Of a DNA stretch of 64,000 bases, positions 31,328 through 41,324 are shown piece after piece. The stretch is from Candidatus Limnocylindria bacterium (GTDB lineage Bacteria; Chloroflexota; Limnocylindria; QHBO01). The position numbers and the translations under genes are program-made. Numbering within the stretch: the first letter of the stretch is position 1; each line of letters starts with the position of its first letter. The notes below the pieces were generated by a model, which searched no databases, had not been told where the DNA came from, and was given only the letters and a program-made list of their open reading frames with translations. The DNA lies in the NCBI GenBank assembly GCA_046262115.1, contig JBHENJ010000080.1, forward strand, positions 7,941 to 71,940. The letters run 5' to 3'.

Positions 31328-32611
31328 GTGCTCCAGAACCTCGTCACGGCGTTCCGCGCGCCCGACATCCGCCGCAAGATCCTGTTCACGCTCTTCATCC
31401 TTCTCGTATTCAGGATCCTGACCAACGTCCCGGTCCCTAACGTCAACCGGGACGAGCTGGCGCGGCTCTTCCAGACGAACCAGCTGCTCGGCCTCCTTGA
31501 CCTCTTCTCGGGCGGCGGACTGGCGACGGCGTCGATCATCGGCATGGGGGTCAACCCCTACATCAACGCCAGCATCATCATGCAGCTCATGCAGGGCGTG
31601 ATTCCCGCGCTCAGCCAGCTCGCGCGTGAAGGCGAGTACGGTCGCAACAAGATCAACCAGTACGTCCGGATGCTCACCGTGCCGCTGGCGTTCGCGCAGG
31701 GCTACGGGTTCAGCGTGCTCCTGACGAATGCCGGCGTGCTGCCGGCCGCGCCGCTCTTCAGTGTTCAGACGCTGTCGCTGCTGCTGTCGTTCACCGCCGG
31801 GACGATCCTGCTCATGTGGCTCGGCGAGCTGATCACGGAGCGCGGCCTCGGCAATGGGATCAGCTTCATCATCTTCGCGGGGATCGTGGGCCGCATTCCC
31901 GACCAAGCCGCGCCCATCATCACCGGCCCCGAGGGGGTCGTGAAGATGATCCCGTTCGTGCTGATCGGCCTAGTTGTGATTGCCGGGATTGTCTTCATCA
32001 ACGAGGGCCAGCGCCGGATCCCGGTCCAGTACGCAAGCCGCGTCCGCGGGCGGCGGATGTACCAGGGAACCACGACGCACCTGCCGCTCAAGGTCACGAT
32101 GGCCGGGGTGATCCCGATCATCTTCTCGATCAGCATCCTGCTCTTCCCCAGCCAGATCGCGACGTACTTCACGACCAGCGACATCGACTGGGTGCGTGCA
32201 GCGGCCGATTTCGTCGCGTTCCACCTGAGCCCGCAGGACATCTTCGTGTACGGCGGGCTCTACTTCCTGCTGACCGTGTTCTTCACCTACTTCTACACCG
32301 CGTTCACCTTCAAGCCAGATGAGACGGCCGACTACCTCCGCAAGAACGGCGGTTTCATCCCCGGCATCCGGCCGGGGCGGCCGACCCAGGACTTCCTGGC
32401 CCGCGTGGTCAACCGCATCACGCTCGGCGGCGCCATCTTCCTGGGCGCCATCGCCGTCCTCCCCCTCGTGGTGGCCAGCCTCATCCCCGGGACGGAGAAC
32501 CTGCGCCTCGGCGGCACGAGCATCCTGATCGTGGTGGGCGTAGTGGTGGAGACGATGAAGCAGCTCGAGGCGCAGATGCTGATGCGCAACTACGAGGGCT
32601 TCATCCGTTGA
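31328..32611 (+). CDS. secY: Preprotein translocase subunit SecY
   Basis: 10-TM SecY with conserved segments (IFTLFILLVFRI, GMGVNPYINASIIMQL, GTSILIVVGVVVETMKQLEAQ). Confidence 0.97.
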   Translation: MLQNLVTAFRAPDIRRKILFTLFILLVFRILTNVPVPNVNRDELARLFQTNQLLGLLDLFSGGGLATASIIGMGVNPYINASIIMQLMQGVIPALSQLAREGEYGRNKINQYVRMLTVPLAFAQGYGFSVLLTNAGVLPAAPLFSVQTLSLLLSFTAGTILLMWLGELITERGLGNGISFIIFAGIVGRIPDQAAPIITGPEGVVKMIPFVLIGLVVIAGIVFINEGQRRIPVQYASRVRGRRMYQGTTTHLPLKVTMAGVIPIIFSISILLFPSQIATYFTTSDIDWVRAAADFVAFHLSPQDIFVYGGLYFLLTVFFTYFYTAFTFKPDETADYLRKNGGFIPGIRPGRPTQDFLARVVNRITLGGAIFLGAIAVLPLVVASLIPGTENLRLGGTSILIVVGVVVETMKQLEAQMLMRNYEGFIR

Positions 32612-33297
32612 CCGATGCGCGCGCGCGGCGAATCGTCCTGCTCATGGGCGCCGTCGGCGCCGGAAAGGGCACGCAGGCAGTGATCCTCGCGGATCGGCTG
32701 GGTGTACCGCACGTCTCATCCGGCGACCTGTTCCGCGAAGCCGTCCGACGCGGGAGTCCGCTCGGTGACAAGGCGAGCGAGTACATGACGCGCGGCGACC
32801 TCGTTCCCGACGAGATCACCGTTGGGCTGGTCACGCAGCGGCTGGCGCAGGAGGACGCCGCCGAGGGAGCCATCCTGGACGGGTTCCCGCGCACCTTCGC
32901 GCAGGCCGCGGCGCTCGACCGCACTCTGGCCCAGCGCGGGGATCGCGTCTCCCGGGTGATCATGATCGAGGTCCCCGAGGAGGAGCTCGTGCGGCGTGTG
33001 GCGGGGCGCCGGATCTGCCCGATCTGCAAGACGTCGTATCACCTCGACTGGAACCCGCCGCGCGTGGCCGAGCGGTGCGACCGGGAAGGAGCCCGCCTCG
33101 ACCAGCGCGATGACGACCGACCCGAGGTCTTCGGGGCACGCCTCGCGAAGCAGGTCCCACCCATGCTCGAGGTGGTTGCCCACTACGAACGGCAGCCAGG
33201 CGTGGTCACGCGCGTCGACGGCACGAAGGCCATCGAGGAGGTCACGAGCGACATCCTCGAGCTGCTTGGTGGCACCCGTGCGGGCCTCGCTGGCTGA
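32608..33297 (+). CDS. adk: Adenylate kinase
   Basis: P-loop MGAVGAGKGTQA, LID domain with C-x2-C...C/D (CPICKTSYHLDWNPP...CDREGARL); TTG start. Confidence 0.93.
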   Translation: MTDARARRIVLLMGAVGAGKGTQAVILADRLGVPHVSSGDLFREAVRRGSPLGDKASEYMTRGDLVPDEITVGLVTQRLAQEDAAEGAILDGFPRTFAQAAALDRTLAQRGDRVSRVIMIEVPEEELVRRVAGRRICPICKTSYHLDWNPPRVAERCDREGARLDQRDDDRPEVFGARLAKQVPPMLEVVAHYERQPGVVTRVDGTKAIEEVTSDILELLGGTRAGLAG

Positions 33298-33304
33298 CCG
33301 GCCG

Positions 33305-34051
33305 ATGGTGACGATCAAGCGCCCCGAGGAGATCGCGCGGATGCGTGAGGCGGGACGCATCCTCGCGTCCGTCCTGGACGTCTTCCAGCGTGACCTGCGG
33401 CCCGGGATGACCACCGCGGAGCTCGACCGGATCGCCGAGCGGATGATCGCCGAGGCGGGTGCGATTCCCTCGTTCAAGGGTTACCGCGGGTACCCGGCCT
33501 CGATCTGCGCGTCGATCAACGACGAGGTGGTCCACGGCATTCCCGACGACCGCAGCATTCGCCACGGCGACGTCGTCTCCCTCGACATCGGCTGCATCTG
33601 GCAGGGCTGGCACGCCGACTGTGCACGGACCTTCTACTTGGGGGACCCGCCCCCAACGGTCGACGCGCTGATCCGGGACACGCAGCGCGCGATGGAGGCG
33701 GGCATCGCCGCCGCGAGGCCGGGCAACCGGGTCGGTGACATCGGCGCCGCCATCGAGGCGGTGGCTCGCGAACGGGGGTACGGAGTGGTCCGGCAGTTCG
33801 TCGGGCACGGGATCGGCGCCGCCATGCACGAGGAGCCCCAGGTGCCGAACTACGGTGAGCCGGGGCGCGGACTTCGCATCGAGCCGGGGATGTGCTTCGC
33901 CATCGAGCCGATGTTCAACCTCGGTGGCGACGCGGTCGACGTACTCGACGACGGCTGGACGGTCGTCACGCGCGACGGGACGCTCTCAGCGCACTTCGAG
34001 AACACGATCGCGGTGACGGAGAACGCGCCGCAGCTGCTCACCGCGCCATGA
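33305..34051 (+). CDS. map: Methionine aminopeptidase type I
   Basis: [21 protein letters not shown]..., metal ligands D/D/H/E/E context ([30 protein letters not shown]). Confidence 0.93.
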   Translation: MVTIKRPEEIARMREAGRILASVLDVFQRDLRPGMTTAELDRIAERMIAEAGAIPSFKGYRGYPASICASINDEVVHGIPDDRSIRHGDVVSLDIGCIWQGWHADCARTFYLGDPPPTVDALIRDTQRAMEAGIAAARPGNRVGDIGAAIEAVARERGYGVVRQFVGHGIGAAMHEEPQVPNYGEPGRGLRIEPGMCFAIEPMFNLGGDAVDVLDDGWTVVTRDGTLSAHFENTIAVTENAPQLLTAP

Positions 34052-34062
34052 AGACAGGGGTG

Positions 34063-34092
34063 TTGAAGCCGGAGCGCCGGCTGGGGTACACT
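34063..34092 (+). promoter_or_regulatory. Sigma70-like promoter for infA-rpmJ-rpsM-rpsK-rpsD-rpoA-rplQ (TTGAAG - 18 nt - TACACT)
   Basis: -35 at 34063-34068, -10 at 34087-34092, in the map-infA intergenic region. Confidence 0.5.
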
Positions 34093-34164
34093 ACGCGGTC
34101 TGCGGGTCGCCATGCCGGCGGCCCGTCTCGTGTGTCCGGAACGTTGTACGGAGTTGCGTAGCGC

Positions 34165-34383
34165 TTGGCGAAGAAGGATGCGATCGAGGTCGAGGGAGAG
34201 GTGATCCTGCCCCTCCCGAACGCGATGTTCAAGGTGCGACTGGAGAACGGTCACGAGGTCCTGGCTCACATCTCCGGAAAGCTCCGGCAGAACTTCATCC
34301 GCATCCTTCCCGGGGACACCGTCCGCGTCGAGCTCTCCCCGTACGACCTGTCCCGAGGCCGTATCACGTACAGGATGAGATGA
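34165..34383 (+). CDS. infA: Translation initiation factor IF-1
   Basis: [66 protein letters not shown]; TTG start. Confidence 0.93.
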   Translation: MAKKDAIEVEGEVILPLPNAMFKVRLENGHEVLAHISGKLRQNFIRILPGDTVRVELSPYDLSRGRITYRMR

Positions 34384-34493
34384 AAGTCAGCGCATCGGTC
34401 AAGCCGCGCTGCGAACGCTGCAAGGTGATTCGGCGTTCGGGCGTGGTGATCGTGATCTGCACGAACCCAAAGCACAAGCAGCGGCAGGGGTAG
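34380..34493 (+). CDS. rpmJ: 50S ribosomal protein L36
   Basis: [37 protein letters not shown]; ATGA overlap with infA; not in the supplied ORF track because it is too short. Confidence 0.9.
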   Translation: MKVSASVKPRCERCKVIRRSGVVIVICTNPKHKQRQG

Positions 34494-34496
34494 CGA

Positions 34497-34868
34497 GTGG
34501 CGCGTATCGCAGGCGTCGACATCCCACGCGAGAAGCGCGTGATCATCGGCCTGACCTACATCTACGGCATCGGTTCCACCTCGGCGGACCAGCTAATCGC
34601 GGCCACGCGGGTCAATCCCGACACGCGGGTGCGGGACCTGACCGAGGAGGAGATCAACCGCCTACGCGAGGTGATCGACCGACGCTACAAGGTGGAGGGA
34701 GATCTCCGTCGCGAGCAGTCCATGAACGTGAAGCGCCTGATGGACATCGGCTCATACCGCGGCCTCCGGCATCGACGAAATCTGCCGGTCCGCGGGCAGC
34801 GAACCAAGACCAACGCGAGACAGCGCCGCGGGACCCGCAAGACCGTCGGCGTGCGACGCAAGAAGTAA
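34497..34868 (+). CDS. rpsM: 30S ribosomal protein S13
   Basis: [26 protein letters not shown]. Confidence 0.95.
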   Translation: MARIAGVDIPREKRVIIGLTYIYGIGSTSADQLIAATRVNPDTRVRDLTEEEINRLREVIDRRYKVEGDLRREQSMNVKRLMDIGSYRGLRHRRNLPVRGQRTKTNARQRRGTRKTVGVRRKK

Positions 34869-34904
34869 CAACCATCAACGCCACCCCCCGCATTCGGGAG
34901 AGCT

Positions 34905-35303
34905 ATGCCACCGGAGCGTAAGCGCGCCACGCGTACCAAGAAGCGAGAGAAGAAGAACGTGCCGACCGGGCACGTCCACATCCAGTCGACGTTCAACAAC
35001 ACGATCGTGACCATCACGGACGCGACGGGGAACGTCATCAGCTGGGGCAGTGCGGGGCTCGTCGGCTTCAAGGGCTCGCGCAAGAGCACGCCGTACGCCG
35101 CCGCCCAGACGGCCGATGGCGCGGCCCGCCGCGCCATGGAGCACGGCATGCGGCAGGTCGAGGTGTTCGTCAAGGGGCCGGGCGCCGGTCGCGAACAGGC
35201 GATCCGATCGCTCCAGGCCGCCGGCCTCGAGGTGAGCGCGATCACCGATGTCACCCCCATCCCGCACAACGGCTGCCGCCCGCCGAAGCGACGTCGGGTC
35301 TAG
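34905..35303 (+). CDS. rpsK: 30S ribosomal protein S11
   Basis: [30 protein letters not shown]. Confidence 0.95.
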   Translation: MPPERKRATRTKKREKKNVPTGHVHIQSTFNNTIVTITDATGNVISWGSAGLVGFKGSRKSTPYAAAQTADGAARRAMEHGMRQVEVFVKGPGAGREQAIRSLQAAGLEVSAITDVTPIPHNGCRPPKRRRV

Positions 35304-35311
35304 AGAACGAG

Positions 35312-35938
35312 ATGGCACGCTACACGGAGCCCGTCTGCCGGATCTGCCGGCGCGAAGGCCTCAAGCTCTTCCTCAAGGGCACGCGCTGTTACACGCGCAA
35401 GTGCTCGTTCGAGCGGCGCGCGACGCCACCGGGCACCGCGACCGTGCGGCGTCGCAAGGTGAGCGAGTTCGGCCTCCAGCTGCGCGAGAAGCAGAAGGTC
35501 CGCAAGAGCTACTCGGTCCTCGAGCGCCAGTTCCGCAACTACTTCGACAAGGCCGAGCAAATCAAGGGCATGACCGGGGAGAACCTCCTGCGCATGCTCG
35601 AGATGCGGCTCGACAACGTCGTCTATCGCATGGGCCTTGCCCGCTCGCGCCCCGAGGCGCGCCAGCTGGTGAGCCACGGCCACTTCACCGTGAACGGCCG
35701 TCCGACCAACATCCCGAGTTTCGGGACGACGCTGGGTGACCGGATCTCGGTTCGCGAGAGCCGCCGCAGCCGTGAGTTCTTCACGGTCGCCGCCGAGAAC
35801 ATGCGCAACGCCCGCGTCCCGGAGTGGCTCACCACCGACGCGGCGACGCTCTCCGCGACCGTCACCTCCGAGCCGGCGCGCGATCAGATGCCGCTCGAGT
35901 TCAACGAACAGCTCGTCGTCGAGTTCTACTCGCGATAG
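35312..35938 (+). CDS. rpsD: 30S ribosomal protein S4
   Basis: MARYTEPVCRICRREGLKLFLKGTRC... Confidence 0.95.
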   Translation: MARYTEPVCRICRREGLKLFLKGTRCYTRKCSFERRATPPGTATVRRRKVSEFGLQLREKQKVRKSYSVLERQFRNYFDKAEQIKGMTGENLLRMLEMRLDNVVYRMGLARSRPEARQLVSHGHFTVNGRPTNIPSFGTTLGDRISVRESRRSREFFTVAAENMRNARVPEWLTTDAATLSATVTSEPARDQMPLEFNEQLVVEFYSR

Positions 35939-35955
35939 GGAGTACCGATAGCCAC

Positions 35956-37038
35956 ATGATCGAGCTCGAAGCCACCGTCCCCCGCATCGAAGAGGTCGAG
36001 ACCCGCGGCAATTACTCGCGGTTCGAGGTCAACCCGCTCCAGGCGGGGTACGGCGTGACGCTCGGCAACGCCATGCGGCGCGTTCTGCTCAGCTCGCTCG
36101 AGGGCGCCGCGGTGACGTCGATCCAGATCCACGGCGTATACCACGAGTTCTCGACCATCGAGAACGTCAAGGAAGACGTCACCCAGATCCTCCTCAACGT
36201 CAAGAAGCTGCGGTTGCGCGCGTTCGCCCGCCATCCGGTGACGCTCAAGCTGATCAAGCACGGAGCGGGCCCCGTCACGGCCGACGACATCACCGAGTCG
36301 GCGGACGTCGAGATCGTCAACGACGACCTCGTGCTGCTGACGCTCGATTCGGACTCGGGGTCGATCGAGATGGACCTCACCGTCGAGCCCGGCGTGGGGT
36401 ACGTGCCCGCCGAGCGCCAGGAGGACCTTCCGATCGGTGTCATCCCGGTCGACGCGATCTTCTCGCCGGTCCGCCTGGTGAACTTCAGCATCGAGAACAC
36501 CCGTGTCGGGCAGATGACGAACTACGACAAGCTGACCCTCGAGATCGAGACCGACGGCACCACCTCACCCGAGTCGGCGCTCTCGCAGGCCGCCGCGATC
36601 CTGGTCCGCGAGTTCAGCCGTTTCGCGGAGATCGGTCAGCGTCCGGCGGTCGGCCCCGGCAACGGGTCCGTGAGCGGCCTGTCGACGAATCTGCTTGACA
36701 CGCCGATCGAGGACCTGGACCTGCCGATGCGCGCCTACAACAGCCTAAAGCGCAACAACATCACCAAGGTCGGACAGCTGCTGGCACTCGACGACGACGA
36801 GCTCCTCCGCATGCGCAACTTCGGGAAGAAGAGCCTCGACGAGATGAAGGAACGACTCCAGCTTCGCGGCTTCATCGGTCCCGACGAGCTCGGCGAGCTG
36901 GGTGCGGCCGGCGACGAAGAGGGGCTCCCGAGCCCCGCGGAGATTGACGAGGCGGCGGCTCGCGGTCTCGGCGCCGATGGCAGCGGGCCGTCGAGCGAGC
37001 CCGTCGAGGCCGGCGTCGGCGAAGAGCGGGACCGCTAG
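35956..37038 (+). CDS. rpoA: DNA-directed RNA polymerase subunit alpha (acidic roughly 40-aa C-terminal tail)
   Basis: NTD GYGVTLGNAMRRVLLSSLEGAAVTSIQI...; CTD DLPMRAYNSLKRNNITKVGQLL. Confidence 0.95.
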   Translation: MIELEATVPRIEEVETRGNYSRFEVNPLQAGYGVTLGNAMRRVLLSSLEGAAVTSIQIHGVYHEFSTIENVKEDVTQILLNVKKLRLRAFARHPVTLKLIKHGAGPVTADDITESADVEIVNDDLVLLTLDSDSGSIEMDLTVEPGVGYVPAERQEDLPIGVIPVDAIFSPVRLVNFSIENTRVGQMTNYDKLTLEIETDGTTSPESALSQAAAILVREFSRFAEIGQRPAVGPGNGSVSGLSTNLLDTPIEDLDLPMRAYNSLKRNNITKVGQLLALDDDELLRMRNFGKKSLDEMKERLQLRGFIGPDELGELGAAGDEEGLPSPAEIDEAAARGLGADGSGPSSEPVEAGVGEERDR

Positions 37039-37044
37039 GCCTCC

Positions 37045-37398
37045 ATGCCGCACCGGTCGGCGGGACGCAAGCTCGGCCGCGAGCACGCGCACCGTATCCA
37101 CATGCTCGAGAACCTGGCCGTGGCCGTCATCCGCTACGAGCGGGTCAAGACGACCGAGGCCAAGGCCAAGGAGGTCCGGACGTTCGTTGACCGGCTCATC
37201 CGGCTGGCGAAGCGCGGCGACGTCGCCGCGCGGCGACAGCTGCTGGCGCGGATGCCGCACGAGCCGCTGATCGTCGACAAGCTGATCGGAGAGCTCGCGG
37301 CGAAGTACGCCGACCGCGACTCGGGCTACACGCGGATTGTGCGGACGGGGTTGCGCCTCGGCGACGCCGCGCCGATGGTCCAAATCGAGCTGGTCTGA
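37045..37398 (+). CDS. rplQ: 50S ribosomal protein L17
   Basis: HRSAGRKLGREHAHRIHMLENLAVAVIRYERVKTTEAKAKEVR. Confidence 0.95.
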   Translation: MPHRSAGRKLGREHAHRIHMLENLAVAVIRYERVKTTEAKAKEVRTFVDRLIRLAKRGDVAARRQLLARMPHEPLIVDKLIGELAAKYADRDSGYTRIVRTGLRLGDAAPMVQIELV

Positions 37399-37404
37399 GG
37401 ACCG

Positions 37405-38169
37405 ATGCGGGCCGCCGCTCTTCGCTGCGCCCGGGCTGTCGTCGAGTACGACGGCACCGAGTTCTCCGGCTCGCAGTCGCAACCCAACGCCCGCACCGTC
37501 CAGGACGAGCTCGAGGACGCGTTGCGCCGGCTGACCGGCGAGGATGTCCGCGTTCGCTTCGCCGGGCGAACGGACGCGGGCGTGCACGCGAGGGGACAGG
37601 TAGCGGTGTTCTGCCTGGATCGGCGCCGCGCGACCGCATGGCAGGGGTGGCGCGAGCTCGGACGCCGGTTGAATCACACGCTGCCCGACGACCTCGCGGT
37701 GCGCGGCCTGTGTCCGGTCGATCCGCGCTTCGACCCGCGCCGTGACGCCGTCGCGCGCGTCTACCGCTATCGGATCCGCACTGGCGGCGTCCGGCGTCCC
37801 ATCGACCGGCGCACCACGTACGAGATCGACGACCGGCCCGACACGGGCGCGATGCAGGCCGCCGCGAAGACCCTGGTCGGCGACCACGACTTCGCGGCCT
37901 TCGGCAGCGACCCGAACGGGCGAACGCGTCGCAGCGTCAAGGAGCTCACCGTTCGGCGCCGCGGCGAGCTGATCGAGATCACCGTCGTCGCCGACGCATT
38001 CCTGCGCCGCATGGTGCGCAGCATCGTCGCGGTCCTCCTCCACGTCGGCCGCGGGCGGCTCGCACCCGAGCGGGTCAGCGAGCTCCTCGCGGCGCGCGAG
38101 CGCGCGCTGCACGGGCGCGCCGCACCGGCGCGCGGTCTCACTTTAGAGCGCGTGGTGTACGCCCGATGA
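37405..38169 (+). CDS. truA: tRNA pseudouridine(38-40) synthase TruA
   Basis: [28 protein letters not shown]...[12 protein letters not shown] (catalytic Asp context). Confidence 0.9.
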   Translation: MRAAALRCARAVVEYDGTEFSGSQSQPNARTVQDELEDALRRLTGEDVRVRFAGRTDAGVHARGQVAVFCLDRRRATAWQGWRELGRRLNHTLPDDLAVRGLCPVDPRFDPRRDAVARVYRYRIRTGGVRRPIDRRTTYEIDDRPDTGAMQAAAKTLVGDHDFAAFGSDPNGRTRRSVKELTVRRRGELIEITVVADAFLRRMVRSIVAVLLHVGRGRLAPERVSELLAARERALHGRAAPARGLTLERVVYAR

Positions 38170-38645
38170 CCGGCGGCACCGAGGCTCGCACCTTCGCGGT
38201 CCGCGCCGGTGACGTGGAGCGTCGCTGGTGGCTGGTCGACGCGACCGACCAGACGCTCGGTCGCCTGGCGGTGCGCGTCGCCGGGCTGCTCGAGGGCAAG
38301 CACAAGCCGATCTACTCGCCGCACCTCGACGTCGGCGACCATGTCGTGGTGGTGAACGCCGGCCGGATCCGTGTCACTGGAGCCAAGCTCGAGCAGAAGC
38401 GATACATCCGGCACTCGAACTATCCGGGCGGGCTCAAGGAGGAGACGCTCCAGGCCGTGCTCGCCCGCAAGCCGGAGCTCGTCATCGAGCGCGCCGTCAA
38501 GGGCATGCTTCCGCGCAATCGGCTCGGCAACGCGATGTTCCGGAAGCTCCGCGTCTACGCGGGAGCGGACCACCCGCATGACGCCCAGCGGCCCGAGCCG
38601 GTGCCGCGATCCACCGACCGCACGCGAGGTTCGACATCCGAGTGA
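38166..38645 (+). CDS. rplM: 50S ribosomal protein L13
   Basis: [47 protein letters not shown]. Confidence 0.95.
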   Translation: MTGGTEARTFAVRAGDVERRWWLVDATDQTLGRLAVRVAGLLEGKHKPIYSPHLDVGDHVVVVNAGRIRVTGAKLEQKRYIRHSNYPGGLKEETLQAVLARKPELVIERAVKGMLPRNRLGNAMFRKLRVYAGADHPHDAQRPEPVPRSTDRTRGSTSE

Positions 38646-39040
38646 GCCCACCGACCACGTACATCTACGGCACGGGGCGGCGCAAGACCGCCGTGGCGCG
38701 CGTCCGCCTTCTGCCCGGGGACGGAAGCATCGTCGTCAACGGCAAGGGGCTCGACGAGTTCTTCGGTCACTCGGTGCCGCCCGGCTACGTCGCGGTCCCG
38801 TTCCGCGTCACCGACACGGAGGGGCGATACTCGGCAACGGTGCTCGTCTCGGGCGGTGGCTTCACCGGCCAGGCGGGGGCGATCCGTCATGGGATCGCAC
38901 GCGCGCTCGTGCAGGCCCACCCGAACGCGCGGCACGCGCTGCGCTCGGCGGGCCTGCTGACCCGCGACCCGCGGGCCAAGGAACGCAAGAAGTACGGGTT
39001 GAAGCGGGCTCGGAAGGCGCCACAGTTCACGAAGCGCTGA
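38642..39040 (+). CDS. rpsI: 30S ribosomal protein S9
   Basis: [15 protein letters not shown]...[17 protein letters not shown]. Confidence 0.95.
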   Translation: MSPPTTYIYGTGRRKTAVARVRLLPGDGSIVVNGKGLDEFFGHSVPPGYVAVPFRVTDTEGRYSATVLVSGGGFTGQAGAIRHGIARALVQAHPNARHALRSAGLLTRDPRAKERKKYGLKRARKAPQFTKR

Positions 39041-39090
39041 CGTCTTAGGGCGTATGATCGCCAGCCAAGCCGAGTGAAGACCGACCCATC

Positions 39091-40062
39091 GTGCTGGACG
39101 CGTTCCGCGAGTTCATCGACACCTATCTCCAGGGGCGCCTCACCTCGCTGATCGACATCGCGGTGGTCGCGTTCCTGATCTACGGCCTCTTCGTCCTCAT
39201 CCGCGGCACGCGCGCGTGGCAGGGCGTCATCGGCCTCTCGGTTCTGTACGCCGTCTACCTGATCGCCCAGTTCTTCGAGCTGCGCCTCCTCTCAACCCTC
39301 CTCCAGACCGGGGCGGTGGTGGGCCTCTTCGCCATCGTGGTGGTCTTTCAGCCCGAGCTGCGGCGAGGGCTGGAGCAGCTGGGACGGGTCGGATCGGTCA
39401 ACCGGCTGTTCACGCACCGCGAGGCGTCCGTCGTCGACCGGATGGCGCGCGAGGTCTCCCGCGCGGGGAGGCTTCTCGCCGAGGAGCGACACGGCGCCCT
39501 CGTCGTGCTGGAGCGTGAGACCGGCCTCCACGACCTCACGGAGGAGTCCGGCATCCCGGTCAACGCCGACCTCTCCGCGGAGCTCCTGCTCAGCATCTTC
39601 TTCCCACGTTCGCCGTTGCACGACGGCGCCGTAGTCATTAGCGGGATGAAGATCGCCGCGGCCGGTGTTCTCCTCCCGCTCTCGAACAACGTGCTCGACT
39701 CGGGCCGATACGGAACGCGACATCGCGCCGCCATCGGCATCAGCGAACAGACCGATGCGGTCGTCGTCGTCGTCAGCGAGGAGACGGGATCGATCTCGCT
39801 CGTCCGGCAGGGCCGGATCGAGCGCAACCTGACCGAGGAGAACCTGCGGCGGCGGCTGCTCAACCTGTTCCGTCCCCCGACCGCGCGCACGGCCGTACCG
39901 CTCCTGCGTCGCACGATCGAGGGCCGATGGCTGACGCGCGACAGGCGCGCCGAGGATGCCGCCGACGAGGAGCGCGTCATCGAGGATCACGCACCGGTGC
40001 GCGACGCGCCCGTGCGCGACACGCCGCCGCTCGCGCAGGCGGCTGGCGAGCGACGGCGCTGA
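39091..40062 (+). CDS. cdaA: Diadenylate cyclase CdaA (membrane-anchored DAC domain) with a roughly 50-aa charged C-terminal extension
   Basis: 3 N-terminal TM helices, then DAC motifs LHDGAVVI and GTRHRAAIGIS; GTG is the only in-frame start after the upstream stop. Confidence 0.9.
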   Translation: MLDAFREFIDTYLQGRLTSLIDIAVVAFLIYGLFVLIRGTRAWQGVIGLSVLYAVYLIAQFFELRLLSTLLQTGAVVGLFAIVVVFQPELRRGLEQLGRVGSVNRLFTHREASVVDRMAREVSRAGRLLAEERHGALVVLERETGLHDLTEESGIPVNADLSAELLLSIFFPRSPLHDGAVVISGMKIAAAGVLLPLSNNVLDSGRYGTRHRAAIGISEQTDAVVVVVSEETGSISLVRQGRIERNLTEENLRRRLLNLFRPPTARTAVPLLRRTIEGRWLTRDRRAEDAADEERVIEDHAPVRDAPVRDTPPLAQAAGERRR

Positions 40063-40073
40063 CACGGCGAGTG

Positions 40074-41324
40074 ATGGGACTGCTCTTGAGGAACTGGCAC
40101 ATCAAGCTGTCCGCGATCGCGCTCGCGACGATCCTGTACACCGGGATCGTATTCTCCGGCTCGTTCAGCGAGGACACGTTGCCCGGCGTGGACGTGCAGC
40201 CGGTCCGCAAGCCTGACAACACGTATCTCTTCAGCGACGCGCCGGTGGCGGTCGACGTGGACTACCGCGCCGCGCGGACACAGGTCACACGCATCGGCCG
40301 CGACAGCTTCCAGGCGTTCGTCGACCTTTCGACGTACGACCTGACTCGCCCCGGTGAGCCGCAACGGCTGGCGGTAGAGGTCACCGCCGACGAGGGGATC
40401 CAGGTGCTCGACTGGGAGCCGCGCCAGGTGACGGTTCGACTCGACGAGCTGGCGGTGCGCGAGGTACCGGTGGTCGTGGATCCGGGGCAAGTGCCCGGGG
40501 GATTCGAGGTCGGCACACCGTCGATCGAGCCGACGCGCGTCGAGGCGCGGGGACCGCGGACGCGGTTGGCCGAGGTCGTCCAGGCCGTCGCGCGCGTCCG
40601 GATCGACTCCTCCGGGGTGGACGTCCGCCAGCAGGTGACGCTCGTTGCAGTCGACGCCGATGGGGAGGAGGTCGAGCCGATCGACCTCGACCCCGAGCTC
40701 GCGACTGTCGACATCGCCGTGCGCACGACGGAGACCACGAAGACCGTTCCGGTGGCGTACACGATCGTCGGGAGCCCGGCCGCAGGTTACGTGCTGGACG
40801 CCGTGACCGCCGAGCCCGCGGTGGTCACGATCCGCGGTGATCCACGGACGATCCGGGCGGTTGCAAACGTCCCGACCGCGCCGATCGCGATCGACGGTGC
40901 GACGACGGCCTCCGAGTTCACCGCGGAGCTGGTCGTCCCGGAGGGCGTCCGCCTGGTTGAGGCGACCACGGTCACCGTCAGCGTCACGATCTCGCCTGCC
41001 AGCGGCAGCCGAACCCTCACGGTCGGCATCGTGTGCAGCGGAGCGCCCGACGGCGGTCGCTGTGAGCTGAGCCTCGATCGTCTGTCCGTGACGGTCGAGG
41101 GCCCCGTCCCGCTCCTCAACGACCTGACCGCGCAGGAGGCGACGCCCACGGTGTCGGTCAGCGGTCTGGCGCCGGGAACCTACACCCTCGAGCCGACGTT
41201 CGCGCTCCCCGACGGGCTCGAGGTGCTCTCGGTCTCGCCAACGACGGTCGAGGTTGCGGTCTTCGCGGCTGCGACGCCGGCACCGACCGCCGAGGCGACG
41301 CCCACGCCGACGACCGCACCGTAG
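40074..41324 (+). CDS. cdaR: CdaA regulatory protein CdaR (YbbR-like domains)
   Basis: N-terminal TM, then repeated YbbR-type beta domains; conserved cdaA-cdaR-glmM-glmS order; alternative GTG start at 40071. Confidence 0.8.
   Translation: MGLLLRNWHIKLSAIALATILYTGIVFSGSFSEDTLPGVDVQPVRKPDNTYLFSDAPVAVDVDYRAARTQVTRIGRDSFQAFVDLSTYDLTRPGEPQRLAVEVTADEGIQVLDWEPRQVTVRLDELAVREVPVVVDPGQVPGGFEVGTPSIEPTRVEARGPRTRLAEVVQAVARVRIDSSGVDVRQQVTLVAVDADGEEVEPIDLDPELATVDIAVRTTETTKTVPVAYTIVGSPAAGYVLDAVTAEPAVVTIRGDPRTIRAVANVPTAPIAIDGATTASEFTAELVVPEGVRLVEATTVTVSVTISPASGSRTLTVGIVCSGAPDGGRCELSLDRLSVTVEGPVPLLNDLTAQEATPTVSVSGLAPGTYTLEPTFALPDGLEVLSVSPTTVEVAVFAAATPAPTAEATPTPTTAP

Noticed and set aside
39041-39090. TATGAT at 39053-39058 upstream of cdaA as a candidate -10
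   Set aside because: No acceptable -35 at a permissible spacing. cdaA may simply be co-transcribed with rplM-rpsI.
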